Assembly: GCA_963977445.1 (NCBI GenBank)
Contig: CAXBPH010000005.1
Coordinates: forward strand, 72-64,071
Direction of reading: 5' to 3'
Source: an uncultured bacterium
GTDB lineage: Bacteria; Hydrogenedentota; Hydrogenedentia; Hydrogenedentales; JAEUWI01
DNA: 64,000 bases
The position numbers and the translations under genes are program-made. Within the stretch, counting starts at the first letter, position 1. Every line of letters starts with the position of its first letter. A model generated the notes under the pieces. The model searched no databases. It had not been told where the DNA came from and was given only the letters and a program-made list of their open reading frames with translations. Positions 26,536-35,883 of this stretch are shown here, in pieces.

Positions 26536-29500
26536 ATGTATTCCTGGATCCTTCGATTAGCCTCCCCTGCAGTGCTCATTCTGTTGACCACCCTTGCCGC
26601 ATCGAGCCATGCTCAATTCTACAAACAGGCCACGGGCCCAAATGCATTGAGCGGGCAATATCTCGCCCACGACATTTTTGAGATCTACGATGACCGTCAG
26701 GAACTGGGACGGGGATTTCGAACCTTCAATTCGACGGGGCTCCTCAATCGCTTATTCACCTACCCCACCGCCACGCCCTTGAACTTCACCATTGCCACCG
26801 ACGGGACCTTCCGGCTCTTTTCCAGCACCTTTAACGGCGGCTTCTCCGGCACCGTCGCGCTGGGCGGCGAACTGGGGGTCTACTCCCTCGAAAGCGCCCC
26901 CAACGCCGACACCCTGGTCCGCGACGGCTATGCCAGCCTCCAGTTTTCGGTACGTCAGGGCAGCAACCGGCGCGACAGTGACTTTGACGGTAACTACAGC
27001 TATCACGGTTTTTTGCGGACGGCCGCGGACGTCTACCGGACGAGTTTCGGGGTAGCCACCTCGGGCGGCAAGGGATCCTATTTTGTCATCCGTGAATCGA
27101 CCGTGCTGCGCACGTTCAACTACGGCGTGGAGTCCAATGGCCAGATTGACCTGGGACCACAGTCAGCCAACGATGCGGCCCTCGTCGCCGGGGGCGACCT
27201 CATCGTAAACACGGCAAGTGTGGGTATCGGTGATGATGGCGAGATACCCGGTGGTTACACCGGCCTGGTGCTTTACTTGCGCCGCTTCCCGGACAACGAT
27301 GCGACCCTGGCCGACTTTCGCGGCAGTTACCGTGTTCATCAAATCTCGGCCACCGGCTCCACCACGCCCCGTGCCGATCTCGGGGTCGTAACGGTCGGTG
27401 GCCATGGATATTTCTTCGGGGACCTCGGCAGCGCGCCCTACGAAGGCCAAATCGCGCTGAACCCATCGGGCACCTTTACCTTTGTGGGTACGAGTGCCTT
27501 CCAGGGCACCTTGGGTGCCAACGGTGATGTGGCTGTAGTGACGTCCAAGAGTCCCGTGCGACCCGCCCTCGAAATCTGGGTGCGTATCGCCGGTGGTGCC
27601 GCCAACAGTCTGGACAGTGACGGCGACGGTCTGACCGACGCGGAAGAAGACGCCCTGGGCACGGACCCGGAACTGGCCGATACAGATGGGGACGGCCTCC
27701 TCGACAACATCGATAGCCGCCCCACCATTGCCGACAATGTGGTCGCAGCGACCCTGAGCACCAACGCCATTACCCTCGATGAAGAAGCCACCGGCACCGT
27801 AGCCCTCTCGCTCACCCTCGACAGCAATAACTTCCCCTTTTTCGAGTGGTCTCTCGCGTCCAGCCAAGCCTGGCTGACCATAGACGGTGCGACGGGATTT
27901 GGCGATGGCACGGTCCAATTGTCGATAGACCCCTCGACCCTTGCAAGTGCCTCCAGTCCCTACACGGCAAACATCACCCTGACCGCCCCGGCCATGAAAA
28001 CCGTCGCCCCTCTCCAGCTCACCGTAACCATTGCGTCCAGCCAGGCCGACCTCCTCGTCGCCCCCGCCACCTTGGCATTCAATGTGGTTGAGGGTGGGGT
28101 CGCTTCCAGTCAAAATCTCGCAATTTCCAGCCCCGATGGCAACGACTTCACCTGGACCGTCGCCACGCCCCCCGCCTGGCTGACCCTTTCGCCCCAGGAG
28201 GGTGCCGGACCCGGCGATATAGAAGTAGCCATCAACCCGGAAACCCTGACCGAAGCCAACTCACCCTACGAAACGACACTGCAATTCAAACCCGGTGGAA
28301 CGGGCCCGAAACAGGCCACGGTAGACGTAACCGTTACCGTATTACCGCCCCGGGATGTAGACACGCCCTTCCCCATCTCCGACGCCGAAGTGGCACAGAC
28401 CCAGCCTGCCGTCGCCTTTGACCCCGAATCGGAACGGTGGGTAATCGCGTGGTTGGAGGACAAACAGATTCTCGCCATGCTCCTCGATGGAAATCTTACG
28501 CCCCTCACGACACCCCGTCAGCTTTCGCTGGATGTCTTGGGCGAAGCCGCCCATCCCACGGCGGTGCTGGTCGGCGAGGCCCGGGAATTGTGGGTGCTCT
28601 GGGAGCAGCGAACAACGGTGACCAGCGACGGACTTTTGCAGGCACGGGCCTTCAACGCCGATGACCTCACCCTGGGAAACAATTTCAGTTTCTCTACCGG
28701 TGCAGGGGACAAATCGAATCCCGACGGCACCTTCAATGCAACGAGTAACGAAGTGCTCATCACCTATAACCAGGAATTTGAAGGCAAAAACTTCGTCGGT
28801 TTTTCCCGGATCGATAGCAATGTCCGTAGCACCACGTCCAACAGTTTTCCTGCAAAAAATAGTAACAACCAATCCAAACCGGTCGTGGACTGGCTATCCG
28901 ACGCCAACCAGTCTCTGGTGGTATGGCGGGAAGATTTCGTCAATACCGATGAAGCAAATACGACTCAGATTCGGGCCGCCCGCATCGACGGCGCAACCGG
29001 CGCACTCCTGGGTGATGTTATCGTGGTGGACGATGATGCACGCAATGGCGATCACCTCCAGGTTGTCGCAGCCCAGGGACTCAATCGCTGGGTACTGACC
29101 TGGTCGGAACGGACCCTCACCAATGCACCCGCCGTCCTGCACACCACATCCATTTCTGGCGGGGGCGACCTGGGTGTAGTCTACACGGTGGACAACGCCT
29201 TGCGGGCAGCAACACCGGTTGCCCTGGGCTACAACGAAGAATCCAAATTACTGACCCTGATGTGGAGTCGCACGCCCGACAATGGCAGCAACCGCGCCGT
29301 CTACCAACATTGCACCGGCGCGGGTCAGCCCCTGGGCGAGCCCATAGACCTGCCCGACAACCCTGCGTCGGCAAGCACCGTAGCCGTCGGTGCCAATCCC
29401 GTGTTGAACGAATTCCTGTTGGTATGGGAAGACCCGGCAAGCATTCCACGCCAGTTGCGGGCCCTCCGTATCGGTGGCGGCTCGGACGATGTGGATGACG

Positions 29501-31995
29501 ATGGCCTACCCAATGAGTGGGAGCTTCAATACGGCCTCAATCCGAACAGTGCCGAGGGCGATGATGGCCCCGACGGCGACCCCGACAATGATGAACTCAC
29601 CAACATTGCCGAATTCCGCCTGGGCACCGATCCCACCGACCCGGATTTTGACAACGATGGCCTGCTGGACGGCCAGGAAGACACCAACAGCGATGGGATG
29701 CTGGAAGGGCGGGAAACCAACCCCTTGCTGGCAGACACGGATGACGATGGGGTCAACGATGATGTGGAGTGGTTCCTGAGTAGCGACGGCACCGACCCGG
29801 AGAGCCTCCCCAAAAGCGGTATCATCCGCATCGACTACGGCACGTGGACCATCGGCTCCCCCGGCACCCTGACCGCTTCCTTCTATCTTGCCGAAGCGGG
29901 GTCGACCGCCGTGCTGGTTAATCCAACGGATACGGACCCGCAAAATTCTGCAGAAAACTGGCTCCTCATCTCCGAAGACGACGGGAGCGCCCGCCCACTG
30001 GAGGCAGGCGTCCATAAAATCGCCTACGCCATCATACCGACGGCCAATGTTACACCCACGACGGCCTACGGCACCTTCCAGTTTCTCCTGGACGTCGACA
30101 GCAGCCCCATCGATTCTCGTACCACCGTCCTTGTCGTGGATCTTCTTGAACCCTACGTGGAAGGAACCGGCGGGACGGCACATGATCTCGCCAAGACCTA
30201 TGCCCCCGTTCTCCGCCTCCATCGGGATGCCATTTTCACGCCCATTCCCGTAGAACTCACCCTGAACACCGCGACCTTCGACCTGGGCAACACCATGACC
30301 CTGCCCGCCGACCCGGCACCCATCGATTTGCGGCAGTCACCCTATTCGGAAGCCTACATCGACCTCCCCGGTGAAGATACAGACGCCCTCTTCGCCGCCT
30401 ATCCAGAACCGGAGCTCCGGCCGGAACCCACAATCTACTACACGGTGGCCACCCTCGGTGATTCCTCGGCCTCGTCGGGTGCCAAGCCCGACTATGTCTC
30501 GCTCCAATACTACATCCACTTCTACGCCGATGTCTGGGGCCTCGACCAGACCGGTGGACACCGCCATGAAGGCGATTGGGAAGTCTTTCAAGTCCTGATC
30601 GACCAGGGCCTCCCCCTCCAGGCCACCACCACCCGACAGTGGCAGTTGGCCCAGGTGGATTCCGAAGTTCCCGGCGGAGAGAGTCGCCCCTGGGACGGAA
30701 TCGAAGTGGATGGCGAACTTCGTCCCATCCTTTACGTAGGTCAGGGCAGTCACAGCCTCAACTTTGAGCCCGGCGCCACCACCTACCCGACCGCGAACGA
30801 TGTCCATGACGGCCTTGGATTCTGGATGCTCCCTGAAGACGAAGGTGACCTGCTGACCAATCCCGACTACGATAAGACCCTGCCCATGTCCCTCACGCCC
30901 CTTCGCCGCTTGGGAGAGAGCGACACAACGACCTGGCTTCCCTTTGCGGGCCGCTGGGGCCAACCCAATTACCCGGCACCGGACTCGGATTCGGCCACGC
31001 CGTCAGTTAGCAGTGGGCCGGTAGGACCGGCCTTCATGGGCACGACACGGGACCCCGCAAGCGAAACCGGCGTGCCCCGTATCTGGGCAGACCCCTTCCT
31101 TTTCGCCGAACGCATGCCCGATAACCACAGCGAGGCAACTTCCCGCGTGCAAGGCACCCTGCCTGAAGTATTCCGGGGCGAGCGAATTCTCCTGATGGGC
31201 CCCCGTGGTCGCATCTTTGAGGGCCCCATAGGCGCCGAAACCGGTAGCTTCGATATCGAAGTCCCCGTGCAGACCTACGCCCTCGCCGTCATTGCCTATG
31301 ACGCCACCGAGCGTCCCGTCCTCGTGGCGAAGGTGCGCTTCGTGGCAGGTGCAACCCAGACCCTCCTCTTTCCGGCGACGGAAGCGACCACAGCCCTTGG
31401 CGTCTTTACGGAGAGTGACGGCGGCCTCGTCAACACCCATTTCTACGGAACCATCGACTCCGACGGCGATGGGATGGTCGACGGTGAAGATGGAGACATG
31501 GACAACGACGGCATCGACAATGCTAGCGACGAAGATATGCTCGGTGACGGCTGGGACGACCGCTATCAGTCACAAGACCGAGACAAGGACGGCGTGCCCG
31601 ATTTTCTCGATACGGATGATGATGGTGATGGGTTAGACGACGCATCCGATACGGACCGAAATGGAAATGGTATTGACGACGCAGAAGACCCCGGCGATAT
31701 CGACCAGGATGGATTCTTCGACGTAGTCGACCTCGACCAGGACAACGATACCTATGATGACGCCACAGAGCGGGCCGCCCAAAGTGACCCCCGCCATTTC
31801 CTGGATACGCCCCTGAGCCAGGTAGGCGACCTGGACCGCGACGGCGATGTGGACGTAGTCGATGGGCAGCAGCTGGTGAACCAGGCATTGGTCCGAGACA
31901 CCTACAACCCCCGGGCCGACTATAATCTGAACGGAATCATTGATGCCAGTGATCTGCAGTCGCTGGTACACGATATCCTTAACGTTGTGCCGTAG
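26536..31995 (+). CDS. Giant secreted multidomain protein: TSP3-like Ca-binding repeats, BACON/Ig-like modules, Vps62/DUF946-like domain, C-terminal dockerin-like pair
   Basis: Start at MYSWILRLASPAVLILLTTLAASSHA (signal peptide). DSDGDGLTDAEEDALGTDP..DTDGDGLLD repeats occur in three clusters. W...WL..G.G modules look BACON-like. APVLRLH...YYIHFYADVWGLDQTGGHRHEGDWEVFQV looks Vps62-like. The protein ends DLDRDGDVDVVDGQQL...DYNLNGIIDASDLQSLV (dockerin-like). Confidence 0.7.
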   Translation: MYSWILRLASPAVLILLTTLAASSHAQFYKQATGPNALSGQYLAHDIFEIYDDRQELGRGFRTFNSTGLLNRLFTYPTATPLNFTIATDGTFRLFSSTFNGGFSGTVALGGELGVYSLESAPNADTLVRDGYASLQFSVRQGSNRRDSDFDGNYSYHGFLRTAADVYRTSFGVATSGGKGSYFVIRESTVLRTFNYGVESNGQIDLGPQSANDAALVAGGDLIVNTASVGIGDDGEIPGGYTGLVLYLRRFPDNDATLADFRGSYRVHQISATGSTTPRADLGVVTVGGHGYFFGDLGSAPYEGQIALNPSGTFTFVGTSAFQGTLGANGDVAVVTSKSPVRPALEIWVRIAGGAANSLDSDGDGLTDAEEDALGTDPELADTDGDGLLDNIDSRPTIADNVVAATLSTNAITLDEEATGTVALSLTLDSNNFPFFEWSLASSQAWLTIDGATGFGDGTVQLSIDPSTLASASSPYTANITLTAPAMKTVAPLQLTVTIASSQADLLVAPATLAFNVVEGGVASSQNLAISSPDGNDFTWTVATPPAWLTLSPQEGAGPGDIEVAINPETLTEANSPYETTLQFKPGGTGPKQATVDVTVTVLPPRDVDTPFPISDAEVAQTQPAVAFDPESERWVIAWLEDKQILAMLLDGNLTPLTTPRQLSLDVLGEAAHPTAVLVGEARELWVLWEQRTTVTSDGLLQARAFNADDLTLGNNFSFSTGAGDKSNPDGTFNATSNEVLITYNQEFEGKNFVGFSRIDSNVRSTTSNSFPAKNSNNQSKPVVDWLSDANQSLVVWREDFVNTDEANTTQIRAARIDGATGALLGDVIVVDDDARNGDHLQVVAAQGLNRWVLTWSERTLTNAPAVLHTTSISGGGDLGVVYTVDNALRAATPVALGYNEESKLLTLMWSRTPDNGSNRAVYQHCTGAGQPLGEPIDLPDNPASASTVAVGANPVLNEFLLVWEDPASIPRQLRALRIGGGSDDVDDDGLPNEWELQYGLNPNSAEGDDGPDGDPDNDELTNIAEFRLGTDPTDPDFDNDGLLDGQEDTNSDGMLEGRETNPLLADTDDDGVNDDVEWFLSSDGTDPESLPKSGIIRIDYGTWTIGSPGTLTASFYLAEAGSTAVLVNPTDTDPQNSAENWLLISEDDGSARPLEAGVHKIAYAIIPTANVTPTTAYGTFQFLLDVDSSPIDSRTTVLVVDLLEPYVEGTGGTAHDLAKTYAPVLRLHRDAIFTPIPVELTLNTATFDLGNTMTLPADPAPIDLRQSPYSEAYIDLPGEDTDALFAAYPEPELRPEPTIYYTVATLGDSSASSGAKPDYVSLQYYIHFYADVWGLDQTGGHRHEGDWEVFQVLIDQGLPLQATTTRQWQLAQVDSEVPGGESRPWDGIEVDGELRPILYVGQGSHSLNFEPGATTYPTANDVHDGLGFWMLPEDEGDLLTNPDYDKTLPMSLTPLRRLGESDTTTWLPFAGRWGQPNYPAPDSDSATPSVSSGPVGPAFMGTTRDPASETGVPRIWADPFLFAERMPDNHSEATSRVQGTLPEVFRGERILLMGPRGRIFEGPIGAETGSFDIEVPVQTYALAVIAYDATERPVLVAKVRFVAGATQTLLFPATEATTALGVFTESDGGLVNTHFYGTIDSDGDGMVDGEDGDMDNDGIDNASDEDMLGDGWDDRYQSQDRDKDGVPDFLDTDDDGDGLDDASDTDRNGNGIDDAEDPGDIDQDGFFDVVDLDQDNDTYDDATERAAQSDPRHFLDTPLSQVGDLDRDGDVDVVDGQQLVNQALVRDTYNPRADYNLNGIIDASDLQSLVHDILNVVP

Positions 31996-32140
31996 TGACT
32001 GCGGTTTAAGACATGAACAATCCTTTCCCAGGCTTCGAAGAAGGGAGGTCGGACTTTCCAGTCCGACACAAAATAAACGCCAACTTCATCAAGTACAAAA
32101 TGCTCTTAAGAATGACCCCGCAGGCAACATCTCTATTCCA

Positions 32141-32177
32141 AAAACAAAAAAGCACCCGGCTCATGAGAACCGGGTGC
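32141..32177 (-). terminator. Rho-independent terminator of the 72-aa gene
   Basis: GCACCCGG / CCGGGTGC 8-bp stem, followed on the minus strand by TTTTTTGTTTT. Confidence 0.7.
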
Positions 32178-32205
32178 GTGTATGCTTAACTACAGTCGAG
32201 ACCGA

Positions 32206-32424
32206 TCAGGGGCCCACGGCTTCGGGTTCGGGCAGCTTGCGCACTTCACCCTTCGCGAGAATTTGCTCGGCGCGGTCATAAAGGACAAATTTCTTCGCCC
32301 CTTCTTCACGTGCATCATCTTCTGCGACGCCAACCATGGAATCACGCCAACCTTGCATGTCTTCCATGTCCCAGCGTTCCTGCTGTTTCGGAGTCAAGGT
32401 ATACCGGTAGATCTTTCTTGCCAT
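32206..32424 (-). CDS. Small hypothetical protein (72 aa), monocistronic
   Basis: AGGAG RBS 7 nt upstream of the ATG and its own terminator. The protein is charged and hydrophilic (MARKIYRYTLTPKQQERWDMEDMQGW...). Confidence 0.55.
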   Translation of the reverse strand: MARKIYRYTLTPKQQERWDMEDMQGWRDSMVGVAEDDAREEGAKKFVLYDRAEQILAKGEVRKLPEPEAVGP

Positions 32425-32690
32425 TTCGAAGCTCCTGAAGTAAAGCGATGGTACTGCTGAACGTAGTCCATCGCGGCTGAAAATAAGTCGGCCCTGCAGT
32501 GCATTAACGCCACCCGTACTGCGGCGTTCATTATAGCAGCGCGGGTCATTTTTTTACAATACTATCACTACAATTGACAAAAAGTTCCCTCAAATTTCAG
32601 AAAGAAGAAACCATTTCTTCCCTTTAGACATTCATAATTACTTACGGGTTTCCCCCGACGCCATTTTCACAATCCAGAGGCAACACACGC

Positions 32691-34811
32691 ATGCAAACCA
32701 CCATAAATAATCACTTATATGTTGTTAACCGATTCTTTTCGACGTTCCTTATACCCGCCCTGCTATTGCTACTCGTGCTCAGTTCGGGCGCAAATGGGGC
32801 CGCCAACTACCGACCGGAGAAGGCAAAACGGACCCTCAACACCGACCGATACGCCCTTTCCATTCAGCGCGATAATCTCGTCGACATCCACAGCATCAAC
32901 GACTTGCCCATCATGCTCAATGCCTGCCCCACGGTCACCTACGTCGATCAGGAGCCCCGTCGCCTCAAGGTCACCTATCAGCAAAGCGAGCGGGTCAGTA
33001 TCAATACCCCCCTGGGAAAAGGCAACGGATTGCGTTTTCAGAGTGATGAATGCGAGTGGTTGGTTGCTACCTACCCGGGACAACCCTTTATCACCGTGGA
33101 CTTGACCTTCACCAACGATTCGAAGAAACCCGTCCAGGTGCAAGCCCTCTCCCCCTGGTCCCTCAACGAGGATCGAGATGGAGCGGCCTATGTGGAGCTT
33201 GGCCCCTCGGGCGTACTTCGGGTACTGTCGAATCCACCAGAGGGAGGGTCATTTCCTCAGATAGCTACAGGAAGCACCACGAGTGTGGGCCACCTTGCCG
33301 CACTGGCCCCGGAAACCCGGGAGGGGCTCTTGTGCGGATTCCTGACCCAGCAACGGGCGCTACAGACCCTGGCACTGGAACCCCAATCGGGAAAAAACGG
33401 CCTGTATTCGCTCACCGCCACCTGTGGTGATGCCGCCCCCGTAGAGGTGGCACCGGGCGAAACACTCCGTGCCGACACACTCTACGTCTCGGTTCAGGAA
33501 CTCGACCTGGCGGATGGATTGCGTCGTTACGCACAGGCCGCCCGGAGACTGGAAAACTACCCGGCCTTGCCGAAAAACGTCCAACATGGCTGGGCTGTCA
33601 CCGGCGACGAAGCAACCAACGAAACAGCCATACGGCGTGTCATGGACGACGTAAGTGGTGAGGGCCGGGATTTCGGCTGGACCCACGTCCATCTCGGTAC
33701 AGCGTGGATGAACGACGCCACCACCCTGACCGTGGATACCGAAGATTTTCCCCAGGGACTGGAGCCCCTGGCCCGCTATGCCCATGAACGGGGACTCACC
33801 TTGGGAATTACGGTGCCCACAGGATTGACCACCCCGGACGCGCTGGCAACATTCATCGCAACCGGTAACCAGTGGGGCGTCGATAGCATCGAAATGGACT
33901 ACGGCCCATCTACAATGGCACCCGGCGACATCTATTCGGCCTTGCGGGACAGAAACTACCCGGGACCGCTCCCCGTCTATGTCCGCCAACCCGAAACCAC
34001 ACCGTCCCCGCTGTCGGCCTGGGCAGAGGCCTCCCGTCAGTATTATCTTCCCCCCACCGGAAGTCCACGGCTCGACACACAACACACAACGCCGGGCCAA
34101 TGGGATGGGAAGCTCTCGGACAGTCAGTTCGCCACGGCATTTTCCCTTGCGGCCCTTCAGGGGTCGTATCTGCGCCCCACGACACCCTTTTCAGACCAGT
34201 CTACCTTGCGCAAACAAATACTGGGACGGCTCATTCCCGGACTCGATGTAGCCGCCCATCCCATCGATCTCTTTGGGGATGCCCCTCCCCAGCAATGGCA
34301 TCTGCCCCTCAAGACCAACGCAGGCACCTGGAACATTCTGGGTATCTTCAATTGGGACGAAACCCAAGCAAAAACCTTTCGCACCCCCCTGACGGATTTC
34401 TCCCTCAATCCTGGCGTGCGTTATACGGTATATGACTTTTGGGCGGGGCGCTACCTCGGCATCATCAAAGACACCCTGCAGCTGGAAGTGCCCCCGTCGG
34501 GCGTGCGCATCCTGGGCCTGCGATTTGCCGAGCGACGCCCCATGTTCGTCGCCACCAACCGGGACTATACCCAGGGCGCTTCGGACCACGAAGAGATCGC
34601 ATGGTCTCATGACAAGCAGCAATTGTCCGGTCGGATGTCGGCCACCAAGGGCTTCCCTTACGCCCTCAGCTTTTACATTCCCGAACCCTATCGCCTTACC
34701 ACAGCAACATGCAGCGTCGACGGGAGCAAGAGCGTTGTGGAGGGCGAGAGCACCCTGCTCACCTTCACCCCCACCGAAACCGGGGAAGTGACGTGGTCAC
34801 TTCAATTCTAA
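32691..34811 (+). CDS. Secreted clan GH-D-like (alpha-galactosidase-like TIM barrel) protein, divergent
   Basis: Signal/anchor peptide. ARYAHERGLTLGITVPTG and WGVDSIEMDYG resemble GH27/36 blocks (ADYVHSKGLKLGIY and G(V/I)DYLKYDNC). The assignment is by eye only. Confidence 0.45.
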   Translation: MQTTINNHLYVVNRFFSTFLIPALLLLLVLSSGANGAANYRPEKAKRTLNTDRYALSIQRDNLVDIHSINDLPIMLNACPTVTYVDQEPRRLKVTYQQSERVSINTPLGKGNGLRFQSDECEWLVATYPGQPFITVDLTFTNDSKKPVQVQALSPWSLNEDRDGAAYVELGPSGVLRVLSNPPEGGSFPQIATGSTTSVGHLAALAPETREGLLCGFLTQQRALQTLALEPQSGKNGLYSLTATCGDAAPVEVAPGETLRADTLYVSVQELDLADGLRRYAQAARRLENYPALPKNVQHGWAVTGDEATNETAIRRVMDDVSGEGRDFGWTHVHLGTAWMNDATTLTVDTEDFPQGLEPLARYAHERGLTLGITVPTGLTTPDALATFIATGNQWGVDSIEMDYGPSTMAPGDIYSALRDRNYPGPLPVYVRQPETTPSPLSAWAEASRQYYLPPTGSPRLDTQHTTPGQWDGKLSDSQFATAFSLAALQGSYLRPTTPFSDQSTLRKQILGRLIPGLDVAAHPIDLFGDAPPQQWHLPLKTNAGTWNILGIFNWDETQAKTFRTPLTDFSLNPGVRYTVYDFWAGRYLGIIKDTLQLEVPPSGVRILGLRFAERRPMFVATNRDYTQGASDHEEIAWSHDKQQLSGRMSATKGFPYALSFYIPEPYRLTTATCSVDGSKSVVEGESTLLTFTPTETGEVTWSLQF

Positions 34812-34821
34812 ATTGGAATTG

Positions 34822-35454
34822 CCCAACAGGGGGTTGGGCATTCCTGCCTGACACAAGGCCAGCGAAGAGACGTGAAAAGCAATCCAATGCCCTTCGGAAA
34901 TTGCAGGTCTACACGAACGCAAAAACTAAGTTTCTGGGTTCGCGTTACCACGGTATCGCCCCCAATAGAATTGGCTACTGAATCACCGTGCGGGTGCTCC
35001 CTGTCTCAGGCTGGAAAGCCTGAGCTCCTACAAATCGAGCCAACAGGGGGTTAGGCATTCCTGCCCGCCTCCGGCGCGTCGGGGACCTGACACAAAAGAA
35101 ACGCACATCTCCAAACATAAATTCGCGTCATGGAATAACGACCCCGCGTTCAACGCCAAGCCCCAAAATTGTTACCCCGAAATAATCGACGTGGCGGTGC
35201 CCAACACGATAAGGATTACCTGGATCATTACATTCGGACATTCCATAACCCGAGAGAGAAGCCATGAACTCTGGTGCTCCCTGTCTCAGGCTGGAAAGCC
35301 CAAGCTCCTACAAATCGAGCCAACAGGGGGTTAGGCATTCCTGCCTGACACAAGGCCAGCGAAGAGACGTGAAAGACAATCCAATGTCCTTCGAAAATTG
35401 CAGGTCTACACGCACGCAAGAAAATTCTGGTCTTGCGTTACCAAGGTATCGCCC
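34822..35454. repeat. Three direct copies (one full, two partial) of a ~180-bp intergenic repeat
   Basis: The full unit at 35273-35454 reads GGTGCTCCCTGTCTCAGGCTGGAAAGCC.AGCTCCTACAAATCGAGCCAACAGGGGGTTAGGCATTCCTGCCTGACACAAGGCCAGCGAAGAGACGTGAAAG... The 3' two-thirds recur at 34822-34961 and the 5' third at 34992-35065. The unit contains the hairpin CTCAGGCT-GGAA-AGCCTGAG. Confidence 0.85.
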
Positions 35455-35883
35455 GAAAAAAAGTGTGTCTCATGGCCGATTAATGGGTCCCAACAAAGAC
35501 CCACTCCGCCAAAACAAAATGGACCCACCAATCGTGCCCGCGATCCGGTATTCCGGTCGAAGATGCGCCGCAGAAGGATTCGTTCGCGGATTGGGAGATA
35601 GGACTACGTCTCTACATCAAGGCCAAGGCCAAGCGCAATTTTCTAATCCCAATGCCCTCTTAAAGACTTCCCCCAACTACACAGACCCCAACGACGTCCC
35701 ACAGCCCCTTCGCACGAACTGGAGTACCAGATCGCGCGGCACATCCATGGTTTGTCGTTTTATCTGCAAAAAGTGAGGTGACGACATGATTCGCAAGATC
35801 CCATAGAGTCATCCTTTCATCGCCGACACTTGAAATATCGAATAGGTCATCCCCACTAATTGCCCATGAACCGAAAAACTCGG

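Noticed and set aside
35264-35776. 170-aa ORF in the repeat-filled block
   Set aside because: It runs through dispersed repeat copies, has Arg/Ser/Pro-rich composition, no RBS, and its N-terminal part is duplicated in other frames at 34872-35054.
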